Below, piece after piece: positions 51,974 through 62,955 of a DNA stretch of 64,000 nt. The first letter of the stretch is position 1. Each line of letters starts with the position of its first letter. The stretch lies in contig CAWJRG010000001.1 of NCBI GenBank assembly GCA_963845185.1, positions 32,001-96,000 on the forward strand, written 5' to 3'. Source of the DNA: an uncultured bacterium. GTDB lineage: Bacteria; Oederibacteriota; PGYV01; CAWJRG01. The position numbers were made by a program, and so were the translations under genes. Under the pieces are notes generated by a model. That model saw only the letters and a list, made by a program, of their open reading frames with translations, was not told the DNA's origin and did not search any database.

Positions 51974-52807
51974 TTATTTTTGAATCATTTTTGAATAAAC
52001 TCTTTTTACACAATCATATGCTTCTTTTATTCCGAGTTCCCCTGCAGCGTTATAATCCTTTATAGCATCTTGATTTTTTCCCATTTTTTCTTCAACTAAC
52101 GCACGGTTATAATACGCATCTGCGTCTTTGGGATTGAGTTCTATTGCCTTGCTGTAATCTTTAATTGCGCTCGAATGGTTTCCCGAATCGTCCTCAGCAT
52201 TTCCCCGGTTAATATAAGCAATAATTAATTTAGGATTAAGTTCTATTGTTTTACTAAAATCCTTAATAGTTGCATCATAGTCTTTAAGAGAGTATTCTGC
52301 AAGGCCACGATCATAATAAGATGTTTCATTTTTCGGGTCAAATTCAATGGCTTTGTCAAAATCCTTAATCGCGCCGGTATAGTCACCAATAGTATATTTC
52401 ACAGTTCCCCTGTTATTATAAACCTTTGCATATTTGGGATTAATAGCAATAGCTTTGTCAAAATCTTTAATCGCGCCTGCATGGTTGCCGAGACTATTTT
52501 TTGCTGTTCCCCGGTTAAAGTAAGCTTCAGCAAGTTTTGGGTCAAGTTCTATTGCTTTAGTATAATCCTTTATTGCACCATTAAAGTCTCCAAGATACGT
52601 CTTGGCAAGACCGCGATTATTATATGAACCTGCAAATTTAGGATTGAGTTCTATAGCTTTATCATAATCTTTAATGGCACCATTAAAGTCGCCATTTTTG
52701 ACTTTTGATTGCCCGCTATTATAAGGCGATTCCGCTTTGTTATCTCGAGAATAAATTTTTACAACTAATAATATAAAACATATAAAAAAACAAAATTTCC
52801 TTTTCAT
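51974..52807 (-). CDS. Secreted TPR-repeat protein
   Basis: Signal peptide followed by ~7 TPRs (YNNRG...AIKDYxKAIELxP). Confidence 0.9.
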   Translation of the reverse strand: MKRKFCFFICFILLVVKIYSRDNKAESPYNSGQSKVKNGDFNGAIKDYDKAIELNPKFAGSYNNRGLAKTYLGDFNGAIKDYTKAIELDPKLAEAYFNRGTAKNSLGNHAGAIKDFDKAIAINPKYAKVYNNRGTVKYTIGDYTGAIKDFDKAIEFDPKNETSYYDRGLAEYSLKDYDATIKDFSKTIELNPKLIIAYINRGNAEDDSGNHSSAIKDYSKAIELNPKDADAYYNRALVEEKMGKNQDAIKDYNAAGELGIKEAYDCVKRVYSKMIQK

Positions 52808-52844
52808 TTAGGTACTCCTTTCATTTCAGTTTTCTACACTTATT

Positions 52845-55187
52845 TTATTTCAATCCTTCTGCCTGTTCTATCTGATTGTATAAATTTTCAAGTCGTGGAT
52901 CATTACCAAATATTTGCATTGCTTCTCTTAAAGTATTCAATGCCTTGCCGGCTTGTCCCAATTTATAATATGTATAAGCGATATATGAGTAAATCGCAGC
53001 GTTCTTATCCCGTTCTTTTGCTTTTTGAAAATATTTTAGAGCTTCGTTAAAATTGTTTGTTTGAAAATTATATACACCTATATTTTTGTATATATCTACT
53101 GTTCTATAATAATTTTTATTCAAAAGGAATTCATAAATGTCCATAGCATTATCATATTCTCCTTTGGATAATAAACTTGTTGCCTGGTTAAACATGACCT
53201 CGTATTGAGTTGTTGCATCGCCATTTCTTATTGCGTTAATGTATGTTTGAAGTAATTCTTTTTTATCACTACCGTATTGTACTGCCTTTTCAAACATTTC
53301 TTCTGCCATAGGCAAAATTTTTTCATTGTAATAAATCATACCCAGTGCCGCGTATGCTTGCCAGTCGTCATTTTTCATCGCTATGGATTTTTTCAGGCAT
53401 TTCATTGATTCTCCTTCATAGCCCATTTCGTTATATCCCCAAGCTATATTAAAATACATGTGCTCTTCATCGCTTTTTTCTGCATATATAAGAGCTTTAT
53501 CATATAGTTTCTTCGCCTCAATGAAATTCTTTTCTTTTAAAAAATCCTTTGCCTGCATTGCCATCCTTTCGCCATACAATGACGCAATCAACTTATCATA
53601 ATAACTTTTCACATCATAAATATTCCTGTATGAATAAATTTTAAAAATATACGATGGCATGTGATCTTTTTCAACTGATACTTTATAAAGCAATCCTTTT
53701 GCTTTTAAAACGTAGTTTGAATTACTTCCCAAAATGTCGTTTGGATAACTGAAATAAAAATTGCCTTTAGATATAAAATTAATAATAATATTGCGTGTGT
53801 TATTCGTAAGCTCATGTTCTTTTAAATTAGAATATCCATATTTTTTTATAAAATCTTTTATTCCCCATTTAGTCTGTAAAGAATTAAAATTTACATAATT
53901 AAAATCGTTTCCACGATGTTCTATGTTCCGATAATATCCAAGTGGAATTTCATAAAAATCACTCGCAGGAATATATAAACTACCCGGATCAATTGTTTTA
54001 ATTTCATTACTTCCAAAATCATATGAAAGATAATTATATCTTTCATCATTTATTTTAAAATGCAAAAACAAGACATATAATAATATTACTATTAGAATTC
54101 CCAAAAAAATATTTTTGTGGATTTTTTTAATGAATACACCGGCTACAGTATATATTCCGTTTATTGAAAAACTCGCCAATAAATACAGAGAAGGCATTAA
54201 AAAAGTGCCTACTGACCATTCAAATTGCTCGGTCAAATGTACGGAAAAAGTTACTATAAACAGATTCAATGCTAATATGCTCAAATAAAGAAATGAAATT
54301 TCCTTTTTTACCCGTCGTAGTGAATAAAACCCAAAAATAGCAAATATCAAAAATAAGTATATATTTATAAAAAATAAATTCAGCATTTCTTTTATATGAT
54401 AATTCTTGACATGTATAGTCGGAAAACCGGCATGCCCATAATCACGCAAGAAAATCATCCGGAACAAATTCTCTAAATTATCAGGTTTAATCATAAGGAC
54501 AAAAATATTTTCAGTTCTAGATCTTATCAGAAGATAAAGGTATACGCTCAAACCTACAAATAAAAACAACAAACAAATAATGTAATTTTGTAAATTTAAT
54601 TTTTCCCTGTATTTATAAAAAAAATAACTAAGAAAAGGTAAAAAAATTATGACACTTGGCCAGTGATTTGTAAGCGAAAGTCCAAAAATATAGATTATAA
54701 AGTATAAATATTTAATATCGAAAGCATCTAACAAACGCAAACTTAGAAACATTAAAGCAGATAAGAATAAAAGGTTTAAAATATATATTCCGCCTTTTGC
54801 CTCAATTGCCTGGTTCCAGTACATATAGGAAGACGCAAGAAGAAAAACACCTAAAAAATTAATAATTTTGTTCTCATAATTAAAAATTTTAAAAATAATA
54901 CTTTTAGTAAGATAATAAAACAATAACAGCACTATTATAGCAAGAAATATGGCAAATAAATTCACCCTAAAAGCGGGAGAGCCAAGCGGCAAATACGAAA
55001 ATACTTTTCCCACAATTGTATAAAGCGGGTATCCGGGAGGATGGCTTATTCCGAGTGTATATGCGGATGTTATTGTTTCAGCCGAGTCGTCACTTTTAAA
55101 TGCCGGAAACGTTGTATAAAGATACAATTGATATATAGCAATTAAACATACTAATAATATTATAAAGTCTTTGTATTTTTTAAGCAC
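52845..55187 (-). CDS. DUF2723/TMEM260-like membrane glycosyltransferase with TPRs (second paralog)
   Basis: DDSAE...LGISHPPGYPLY, YWNQAIEA and NHW. Confidence 0.88.
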   Translation of the reverse strand: MLKKYKDFIILLVCLIAIYQLYLYTTFPAFKSDDSAETITSAYTLGISHPPGYPLYTIVGKVFSYLPLGSPAFRVNLFAIFLAIIVLLLFYYLTKSIIFKIFNYENKIINFLGVFLLASSYMYWNQAIEAKGGIYILNLLFLSALMFLSLRLLDAFDIKYLYFIIYIFGLSLTNHWPSVIIFLPFLSYFFYKYREKLNLQNYIICLLFLFVGLSVYLYLLIRSRTENIFVLMIKPDNLENLFRMIFLRDYGHAGFPTIHVKNYHIKEMLNLFFINIYLFLIFAIFGFYSLRRVKKEISFLYLSILALNLFIVTFSVHLTEQFEWSVGTFLMPSLYLLASFSINGIYTVAGVFIKKIHKNIFLGILIVILLYVLFLHFKINDERYNYLSYDFGSNEIKTIDPGSLYIPASDFYEIPLGYYRNIEHRGNDFNYVNFNSLQTKWGIKDFIKKYGYSNLKEHELTNNTRNIIINFISKGNFYFSYPNDILGSNSNYVLKAKGLLYKVSVEKDHMPSYIFKIYSYRNIYDVKSYYDKLIASLYGERMAMQAKDFLKEKNFIEAKKLYDKALIYAEKSDEEHMYFNIAWGYNEMGYEGESMKCLKKSIAMKNDDWQAYAALGMIYYNEKILPMAEEMFEKAVQYGSDKKELLQTYINAIRNGDATTQYEVMFNQATSLLSKGEYDNAMDIYEFLLNKNYYRTVDIYKNIGVYNFQTNNFNEALKYFQKAKERDKNAAIYSYIAYTYYKLGQAGKALNTLREAMQIFGNDPRLENLYNQIEQAEGLK

Positions 55188-55291
55188 TTGTCACCTTTTT
55201 AATTGTTCTTATATGGTACTACCTTTAACTTATCACAAATAAAGAGCCATTTCATTAAAAATTTTAGTAGTTATTTGCTGCTGAATATTAA

Positions 55292-55324
55292 TAGAAAGAG
55301 CGGATTTTTGAATCCGCTCTTTCT
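55292..55324 (-). terminator. Intrinsic terminator
   Basis: agaaagagcggatt/aatccgctctttct stem. Confidence 0.7.
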
Positions 55325-55446
55325 CGAAAAAACTAACATTATGTGTTATAAACTTATATTATTTAAAAACCTTATGATGTTTTTCTGTGTTTCATCTTTT
55401 ACTTACCATTTATATCTATCGTTATTATTATTTTGCTATTACTTCG

Positions 55447-55767
55447 TTACTGGTGTCTTTGCATAACTGGCGATACGACAGTTGCAACTTTTTTTAGCCT
55501 TTGGGCTTTTTTGGCTTTTAAAGAAGCTTCTAACATTTCTTTTGGTGATACTGCTGTATTTTCCATAGCTGCCGTTTTCATTGCTGGTGTCGTTGCCGCA
55601 ACAGGCGATGAAATAGCTACAACTGTTTTCGGCCTTTTCGCCTTTTTGGCTTTTAGCATGACTATTTTTTCCAATGCTGTTCCCGTTGTATTTCCCGGGG
55701 CTGTCGTTGCAGCGAAAATCGATACTGCAAACAGCAAAGCTGCCGCTGTTACGATTAACTTTCTCAT
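55447..55767 (-). CDS. Small basic secreted protein with a twofold internal repeat
   Basis: AGGAGG RBS; signal peptide ending IFA; LKAKKA...SPV occurs twice. Confidence 0.75.
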   Translation of the reverse strand: MRKLIVTAAALLFAVSIFAATTAPGNTTGTALEKIVMLKAKKAKRPKTVVAISSPVAATTPAMKTAAMENTAVSPKEMLEASLKAKKAQRLKKVATVVSPVMQRHQ

Positions 55768-55792
55768 GATATTACCTCCTGAATTTTATATG

Positions 55793-58700
55793 TCACTTTA
55801 TGACCGCTATTTTTTTCCTTACAACCTTTCCTTCCGCCTGAATCGTGAGTAAATATACGCCGTTTGCCACTTCAACGCCAGCGTCATTCCGCAAATTCCA
55901 TATAACATAGTTTACTCCTCTGTTAACCGAAGCTGCATTTAAACTCTTGCCCCATACCTTACGGCCGTTTATGTCATATATCCCGATATTGACGTCCGTA
56001 GGCGCGGATAATGAGAATCTTATAGTTGTCGGGCCATTGCACGGATTCGGGAAATTATACGTATTGTTTGCCGACATTGCCTCCGGCGTAGGCGTAGTTA
56101 CATTTTTTACTATACTATTAGCCTTTGCTGCCTTGATGACATTACCTGTCACCCCTGGACAGTTATATTCCATTACTGAAGCTCCTAAATAAGAAGTTGA
56201 AAAATCCTGAAATGCCACATAAGGCGTTCCGTTAGAAATATATAAGGATGGATAGTCGACCTGCTCTGACGTGAAATCCTGACTTCCTACGTAATACCAA
56301 CCAAATACACTATTTTCCGTTGTATATTCTTCTACTGAGAGTTTTTCTGCTCCAACTGCTGAATCATCCACATAAGCCACATATGGAGTTCCGTTAGAGA
56401 TATATAAAGATTCTCCGTATGCATTCCCTGGCGAGAACCCTTCATTTCCTACATAGTACCAACCAAGTACACTATTTTCCGTAGTGTATTCTTCTACTGT
56501 TGCTGGACCGTTGCTACCATCTTCATACGCCAGATACGGTATGACAGTTGTTCCGTTATTATAGACATACAAAGATTCAGAGTATGCCGCACTTGCCGAG
56601 AACGCAGCTTTTCCTACTGTGTACCAGCCAAGTACACTATTTTGTGTAGTATATTCCATCACTGTCGCGCCAGACGAATTCTGAACATCCTGATATGCTA
56701 CATACGGTATCCCGTTAGAAACATATAAAGATTCATAATATGCAGCACCTGCCGAGAATCCCTCGGTTCCTACGTAATTCCAGCCAAGTACACCATCTAC
56801 CGTAGTATAGTTCATCACGGTTGCTGCACCATTTTTATTACTATCCGAGAATGCCACATACGGTATAGGCGTTGCTGTGCTATCATCTATAAATAGGGAC
56901 ACATCCTGTGCTGACCAAATCGAGAACCCTTCATTTCCTACGTAGTACCAACCAAGTCCGTTTTTTCCCGTATAATATTCCATTACTGTTACCGCACCGT
57001 TTTTATTACTATCCGAAAACGCCACATATGGATTCCCCGAGCTATTATCTATAAATAGAGATGTATAGGATGCCGCACCTGGTGAGAATCCTTCGTTTCC
57101 TACGAAGTACCATCCCAGTGTATCACCTATCATAGTATATTCCATTACTGTTGCTGCCTGGCTTTTATTATAATCCGAAAATGCCACATAGGGCGTATCT
57201 CCATAAAAATATAAAGATTCATATGTTGCCTGCTGCACACCTCCAGAGAACCCCTGCGTACCCACATTCTGCCAGCTCATGGCGCATGTCGCCGTACTTG
57301 TCGGTGTTCCAGTATATGTCGGCGTTGCTGTCGGCGTCCATGTCGGTGTGAATGTGCGTGTAGATGTTGGCGGCAATGATTTGGTTGAAGTGACTGTATA
57401 TGTTACGCTTCTTGTTTTTGTCGGTGTATTTGTAGGCGTCCATGTCGGCGTATTTGTCCGTGTTGCTGTGCGTGTACCTGTCTTTGTTGCTGTAGGTGTA
57501 GCCGTATATGTCACGCTTCTTGTTTTTGTCGGCGTATTAGTCGGTGTATAAGTGTGTGATACTGTGGCTGTTCGCGTGCCTGTTTTTGTAATTGTCGGCG
57601 TGAATGTACGTGATACTGTAACTGTTCGCGTGCTAGTTCTTGTGTTTGTTGGTGTCCATGTAGGCGTGTTTGTACGTGTTGCTGTCTGAGTAAATGTGTA
57701 AGTGGCAGTTATGGTATATGTGAATGTCGGCGTCTGTGTGATGGTATTTGTCGCACTTGGGCATTTACCGAATTCCTGGATTCTGTCATTACCAGTATCT
57801 GCAACGTAGATGTCTCCGCTGCTGTTTGCTGCCATTCCCCACGAATCATTAAACTGCCCGTTATTGCTCCCGGGAGTACCCCATTGCGTTATAAAGCACC
57901 CTACATTGTTAAATTCTTCGATTCTATTATTGTTCCTGTCGTCAACATAAACGTTTCCGCTGCCGTCTACTGCCAATTCAAAAGGACCGTTAAACTGACC
58001 ATTGCCGCTTCCCATATTACCCCATTGCAGTATGTATGCGCCTGTATTGCTGAATTTTTCGATTCTGCTATTACCAGTATCTAAAACATAAATGTTTTCG
58101 TTGCTGTCTATTGCGATTCCTTCGGGACTATTAAACTGCCCGTTGCCGGTTCCATTACTGCCCCATTGTGTTACATATATGCCTGTACTGGTGAATCTTT
58201 GGATATTTTGAATCCCATTATCTGCAACAAAAACGTCTCCATTACTGCTTCCACCGCTATTGTCTACTGCCAGTTCCCAAGGATACACAAACTGCCCGTT
58301 GCCGCTTCCATAACTACCCCATTGTAGTATGTAATTACCTAAGCTGTCAAATTTTTGAATCCTAAAATTACCCTGGTCCGCAACATACACATTGCCACTG
58401 CTGTCTACTGCCACTCCAATAGGACTAGAAAACTGCCCAGTGCCATTACCTCCACTACCCCATTGCAGTATGAAATTACCTGAGCTATCAAACTTTTGGA
58501 TATTATTATTAGTATAATCTGAAACATATACGTTCCCGTTGTTATCAACAGCTATTCCAAAAGGATTATTAAACTGGCCGTTGCCGGTTCCGGGAGTGCC
58601 CCATGCTGTAATAAAACACGGAGTCGGTTCCGGTGATGCTATGCAAATAGTAGCCGTTGGTGTATATGTCGGCGTCGGTGTACTGGTATAGGTTGGGCTA

Positions 58701-61700
58701 GCGCATGTACCGAATTTTTCGACTCTGCTGTTATTCGTGTCCGCGACATAAACATCCCCGCTGCTGTCTGTCGCCACTCCAAAAGGCATATTAAACAGCG
58801 CACTGCTGCCCAATTGCATTATATAGCATCCCGCGCTGTTGAATTCCTGGATTCTGTTATTATCCGTATCCGCAACATAAACATCCCCGCTACTGTCTAC
58901 GGTTATTCCATAAGGATTCTCAAACATTCCTGCGCCATTTCCAGCATAACCCCATTGTTCCAGAAGTGTTGTTCCCGTACTGTTAAATTCTTCAATTCTG
59001 TCATTACCGTAGTCTATGACATAAACATCTCCGCTGCCGTTTACTGCAACTCCCGAAGGGCCATTTAACAGCCCATTCATGGTTCCGGAACCATTCCATT
59101 GCCTTATATATCCTCCCGAATTATTGAATTCTATGATTCTATTATTACCATAGTCCGCGACATACACTCCGTTGCTGTCTACTGCTATTCCAAAAGGAAA
59201 ATTAAAGTTCCCGTTGCCGCTTCCGGAACTGCCCCATTGCGCTAAAAGTGTCGTCCCCGAGCTGTTGAATTTTTCGATTCTGTTATTCAACATGTCTACA
59301 ACATAAACGTTCCCGCTGCTGTCTAAGGCTATTCCAGCAGGACCATCAAACTGCCCGTTGCCGCTCCCGGTACTACCCCATTGTGCCAAAAGGGTTCCTG
59401 ACGAGTCTAATTCATCAACTACGTCATTGCCAAAGTCTGCAAAATATACGTCCTCGCTGCTGTTTACTGCTATTCCCCATGGACTTTCAAACAGCCCATT
59501 ATCAATCCCTCCACTACCCCATGTTGAAAGTAAACACGGGGTCGGTTCCGGTGATGCTATACAAATAGTAGCCGTCGAAGTATATGTCGGCGTAATTGTC
59601 ATTGTGCTCGTTGGCTGTGTGCTTGTACATGTCGGTGTCTGTGTGAACGTGTATGTCCCTGTTGATGTAAATGTTACATCCAGAGTATTGGTCGGTGTGG
59701 TGCAGGCACATGTGTTTTTAAACTTGTATATCGTCATGCCAGGCCCCGCGACGAATATGCTTTGCGTTGAATTTTCAAGCGCCATGCACTCTGTGTAATT
59801 TCCGGTATTAACACTGCCGCCGTTGAACGTAGTGTCAGGGTAGCCATTCCCCAAAAAGGCCCAAAGTCCCCCGTTAGGGCCGCTAGGACATCCATATCCT
59901 TGTACTATTATTCTGTTGCAATAATCAAATCCCACTGTCCACGCCAAGGAAGGTCCATAAACAAAATTATTATCTACATAGAATCCATTTCCGTTAAAAC
60001 TCAAGTCCGGGTTTCCTGTGCTGCTGCTTAATCTCCCGACAAACATTGCCTCTTCTATGGCACTGCTTGTAATGCCCGTTATAACTATATTCCCAGAGCT
60101 GTCTATTTTTATATCATATCCTCCTACAGAACTAGGGTTTAGTCCACCCGATGCAGAAGACATTGTTCCCGGTATCGGGTAATAAATCCCCGCTCCGCCG
60201 AGACTGCCAAAAGTACCTACAGGAATACCAGATGAATTTAATTTCCATACAACTACTTCAGGGCCTGCACCTGCCGGATATTCGGCACCGGCAACATAAA
60301 CATTGTCCGAACTATCTAATGTAATGCCCCAACCAACAGAATTTGATGTTAATGTATCAATATAATAGCCTGTCTGGCTACCAGGGCTGCCCGAACCGAA
60401 ATTTTGGTCAAGAGTCCCATCTGGCAGATATCTTGCGACAAACATGGTTGAATTGCTATAATTTGAAATGCTAAACCCTGTAACATATATCCTATTGGAA
60501 GAATCTACCACAACTTTCCACGCAATACTTACACCGTTACCCGTAAATAATTGAACATAACCCGTGCCTGCAAAAGTTGTATCAAGGCTTCCATCCTGGT
60601 TATATCGCCACACCATAGCAGACCCTGTACCCCCCCCAAAGTATGGGTTGGCACATCCATATCCAGACGCAACAATTTTATCCTGATAATTCCCGCCAAC
60701 TAGCATCCTGCTTATTGCTACACCATATGCCCATGTAGTTGTATTAGGCAAGGTACTAAAAACCGTAAATCCCTGACCGCCATAATTAAGGTCCAAAGTC
60801 CCGTTGGGAGTATATCTCCATATTACCATGTAATTTAAAAAATTTATATCGTTATAACTTTCACCAACTGTTATAACATTATTACTTGAGTCAAGCGCGA
60901 TGCCATATGCAAAGTCATTTCCATATGGGGTGCCTGCTGAATAATTCTTGGTCACCTGGCCTGTGCCGCCAAAACTTTTGTCAGGGACTACACATGTTGA
61001 GCTGACAAGCGGCCCCATAGACATGGGTCCGGCACCACCTCCCGGAGCAGTACCCAAAATTGGAACCCCGCTTAAATATGCTGGTATTTGGGTATTATTG
61101 ACAAAATCCGTCGTATTAATATAGCTCCAGTCATTTGACTGGTTATAATCGCTCCAGTCGCTCTTATGGACGTTGACTTGCACCTCTATGTATTGTCCCG
61201 GCAAAAGAAAACCGGTTTGTATATCAAAACTGATTTCTATGAATGAATCCTGGGTGCCTTGTGTTTGCTTGACAATGTATGCTCTGGTGTGTCCCGAAAT
61301 ATCAGTTCCCTGCGGCATTATTTTTGATGATACCATCTGCAGGATTTCAGGCTGGCTTGACCCCTCATCTTTCCAGTAACGTATTTCGGTCATGCCAATC
61401 AGCATTGGCGCATAGTAGTAGTTATAAAGCCTGATTATGGGATTTATTACATTCGGCATTATTGCGGCTGGCCTGTAAGTTAAATTCAAAGCGGATGGCG
61501 GCGGGGTTGGTGTTGTTGTCGGAGTACTCGTCAATGTTGAAGTGGCTGTGGCTGTTACCAGAAATATCTGTACCGTTTCATTGCCGCTGTTGTCCCCGCA
61601 ATAACCGCCGTAAACATCATCCGTGGTAAAATATAAATAATTTTTTGTTGCCGTTATTACCACCGGATTATATGGCTGATAAAAACCGAGAATTTGCGCG

Positions 61701-62260
61701 TCGCTGCAGTTATAAAATACCGGGCCGTTATTATATGCGCCGTACCCTACTGTCGAATATGAACTGGTAAGGTTTGTGCCGTTTGTATCCGCTGCCTGCC
61801 TTATCCTCAGCCGTGTTCCATACAAATTATTGTCTGTGTTGTCGGTTCCGTACGATATGCACCCGCTCAACAGGTTCACTTCGTATAAATTTCCCGGTGT
61901 CACCTGCACCTGGACCGCCGCTGCTGCCTCTGTAACGGGATAAGGCTCTTGGGGACAATTTAAAAGGCCATTCACTGTTATAGTTTGGCCAGAACCTGAC
62001 TGCATGGAAGACATGCTGCTCCCTGTAGTCTGGGCCTGTGCGGCCGTATTTACGGTAAGACTGCTCGAACCGGATGATTGTATTATTTGGGGCGTCGGTC
62101 CTGGCGGTACAGGCGTAGGCTGGCCTGCATATAATATTGAATTTAAAATGAAAAATAACAAAATAACAAAATAAGAAATTTTTTTCGATTTATTTGATTG
62201 TTCCCTTGCCCTCGCATCCATAAAGCACCCCTTTTCATGTTTTTTATTTTTATAGTTCAT
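55793..62260 (-). CDS. Multi-propeller secreted protein (2155 aa): CBM3-like, delta-60-type repeats, two NHL propellers, Thr stalk, further repeat propeller, T9SS-type-A-like CTD
   Basis: HKSDWSDYNQSNDWSY (CBM3-like); RYxxDGTLDxxF repeats; GQFxxPxGIAVDSSGNVYVAD repeats; YNFPNP...GVYLL...KKIAVIK. Confidence 0.9.
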   Translation of the reverse strand: MNYKNKKHEKGCFMDARAREQSNKSKKISYFVILLFFILNSILYAGQPTPVPPGPTPQIIQSSGSSSLTVNTAAQAQTTGSSMSSMQSGSGQTITVNGLLNCPQEPYPVTEAAAAVQVQVTPGNLYEVNLLSGCISYGTDNTDNNLYGTRLRIRQAADTNGTNLTSSYSTVGYGAYNNGPVFYNCSDAQILGFYQPYNPVVITATKNYLYFTTDDVYGGYCGDNSGNETVQIFLVTATATSTLTSTPTTTPTPPPSALNLTYRPAAIMPNVINPIIRLYNYYYAPMLIGMTEIRYWKDEGSSQPEILQMVSSKIMPQGTDISGHTRAYIVKQTQGTQDSFIEISFDIQTGFLLPGQYIEVQVNVHKSDWSDYNQSNDWSYINTTDFVNNTQIPAYLSGVPILGTAPGGGAGPMSMGPLVSSTCVVPDKSFGGTGQVTKNYSAGTPYGNDFAYGIALDSSNNVITVGESYNDINFLNYMVIWRYTPNGTLDLNYGGQGFTVFSTLPNTTTWAYGVAISRMLVGGNYQDKIVASGYGCANPYFGGGTGSAMVWRYNQDGSLDTTFAGTGYVQLFTGNGVSIAWKVVVDSSNRIYVTGFSISNYSNSTMFVARYLPDGTLDQNFGSGSPGSQTGYYIDTLTSNSVGWGITLDSSDNVYVAGAEYPAGAGPEVVVWKLNSSGIPVGTFGSLGGAGIYYPIPGTMSSASGGLNPSSVGGYDIKIDSSGNIVITGITSSAIEEAMFVGRLSSSTGNPDLSFNGNGFYVDNNFVYGPSLAWTVGFDYCNRIIVQGYGCPSGPNGGLWAFLGNGYPDTTFNGGSVNTGNYTECMALENSTQSIFVAGPGMTIYKFKNTCACTTPTNTLDVTFTSTGTYTFTQTPTCTSTQPTSTMTITPTYTSTATICIASPEPTPCLLSTWGSGGIDNGLFESPWGIAVNSSEDVYFADFGNDVVDELDSSGTLLAQWGSTGSGNGQFDGPAGIALDSSGNVYVVDMLNNRIEKFNSSGTTLLAQWGSSGSGNGNFNFPFGIAVDSNGVYVADYGNNRIIEFNNSGGYIRQWNGSGTMNGLLNGPSGVAVNGSGDVYVIDYGNDRIEEFNSTGTTLLEQWGYAGNGAGMFENPYGITVDSSGDVYVADTDNNRIQEFNSAGCYIMQLGSSALFNMPFGVATDSSGDVYVADTNNSRVEKFGTCASPTYTSTPTPTYTPTATICIASPEPTPCFITAWGTPGTGNGQFNNPFGIAVDNNGNVYVSDYTNNNIQKFDSSGNFILQWGSGGNGTGQFSSPIGVAVDSSGNVYVADQGNFRIQKFDSLGNYILQWGSYGSGNGQFVYPWELAVDNSGGSSNGDVFVADNGIQNIQRFTSTGIYVTQWGSNGTGNGQFNSPEGIAIDSNENIYVLDTGNSRIEKFSNTGAYILQWGNMGSGNGQFNGPFELAVDGSGNVYVDDRNNNRIEEFNNVGCFITQWGTPGSNNGQFNDSWGMAANSSGDIYVADTGNDRIQEFGKCPSATNTITQTPTFTYTITATYTFTQTATRTNTPTWTPTNTRTSTRTVTVSRTFTPTITKTGTRTATVSHTYTPTNTPTKTRSVTYTATPTATKTGTRTATRTNTPTWTPTNTPTKTRSVTYTVTSTKSLPPTSTRTFTPTWTPTATPTYTGTPTSTATCAMSWQNVGTQGFSGGVQQATYESLYFYGDTPYVAFSDYNKSQAATVMEYTMIGDTLGWYFVGNEGFSPGAASYTSLFIDNSSGNPYVAFSDSNKNGAVTVMEYYTGKNGLGWYYVGNEGFSIWSAQDVSLFIDDSTATPIPYVAFSDSNKNGAATVMNYTTVDGVLGWNYVGTEGFSAGAAYYESLYVSNGIPYVAYQDVQNSSGATVMEYTTQNSVLGWYTVGKAAFSASAAYSESLYVYNNGTTVIPYLAYEDGSNGPATVEEYTTENSVLGWYYVGNEGFSPGNAYGESLYISNGTPYVAYVDDSAVGAEKLSVEEYTTENSVFGWYYVGSQDFTSEQVDYPSLYISNGTPYVAFQDFSTSYLGASVMEYNCPGVTGNVIKAAKANSIVKNVTTPTPEAMSANNTYNFPNPCNGPTTIRFSLSAPTDVNIGIYDINGRKVWGKSLNAASVNRGVNYVIWNLRNDAGVEVANGVYLLTIQAEGKVVRKKIAVIK

Positions 62261-62955
62261 AATTCTTAAAAATATTATTACAGATTAAGTTTACAAATTT
62301 ATTCATAATTTGTCAAAAAGTTGTGTGTTCATTTTGAACAAAATATTTTTATATCCCCCGATAAGATTTGATTTATGAAAGTTCACTTTTTTTAGCTATA
62401 ATCCTTCTTACAGTCATTATAGATGTATCTGCTTTTTTTGCTAGTTCATTGTAAATCACCATTGTTTTGTAATTCGGATGCGCTTTTTTGATTTTTTTGT
62501 AGCAATATATAGATCATCTTTTTATGATTTTTTATAATTTCAAGTATTTCATCAATATCAAGTAATCCATAAAATGACTTTTTAATTTTGCTTTGGATAT
62601 GTTTTTCAGTGATTGAGGAAAAATTTGGATTTGTAATCATACGCAACCTTCCGAAATCTTCCCCTGTGCTTCTTTTAACGGAAAAAATAAAACCATAAAA
62701 TCACTTCCCATTTGCAGTGTCTATGCGTTATTTTTTCGCAAGGCGCGTGATATTACCCCAAAATTTTACTTCATTTGTATTCCCTTAAAGTCTATTAAGG
62801 TATACAATAAAAAATCCGTTTTGTAAAGGAAATTCCTAAATATTTGATTTTTTATTTAACGGGGGTTTGTAACGGACTTTTATTTAATATCTCAAATGTT
62901 ATTAACAATAATGTTTATAGCAGATTAAGAATTAAAAACTGTCCGCGCATGTCTT

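Noticed and set aside
51783..52013. Short ORFs at 51783-52013, 62446-62646 and 63287-63519
   Set aside because: No recognisable motif or convincing RBS; the last ones overlap tRNA-derived sequence.
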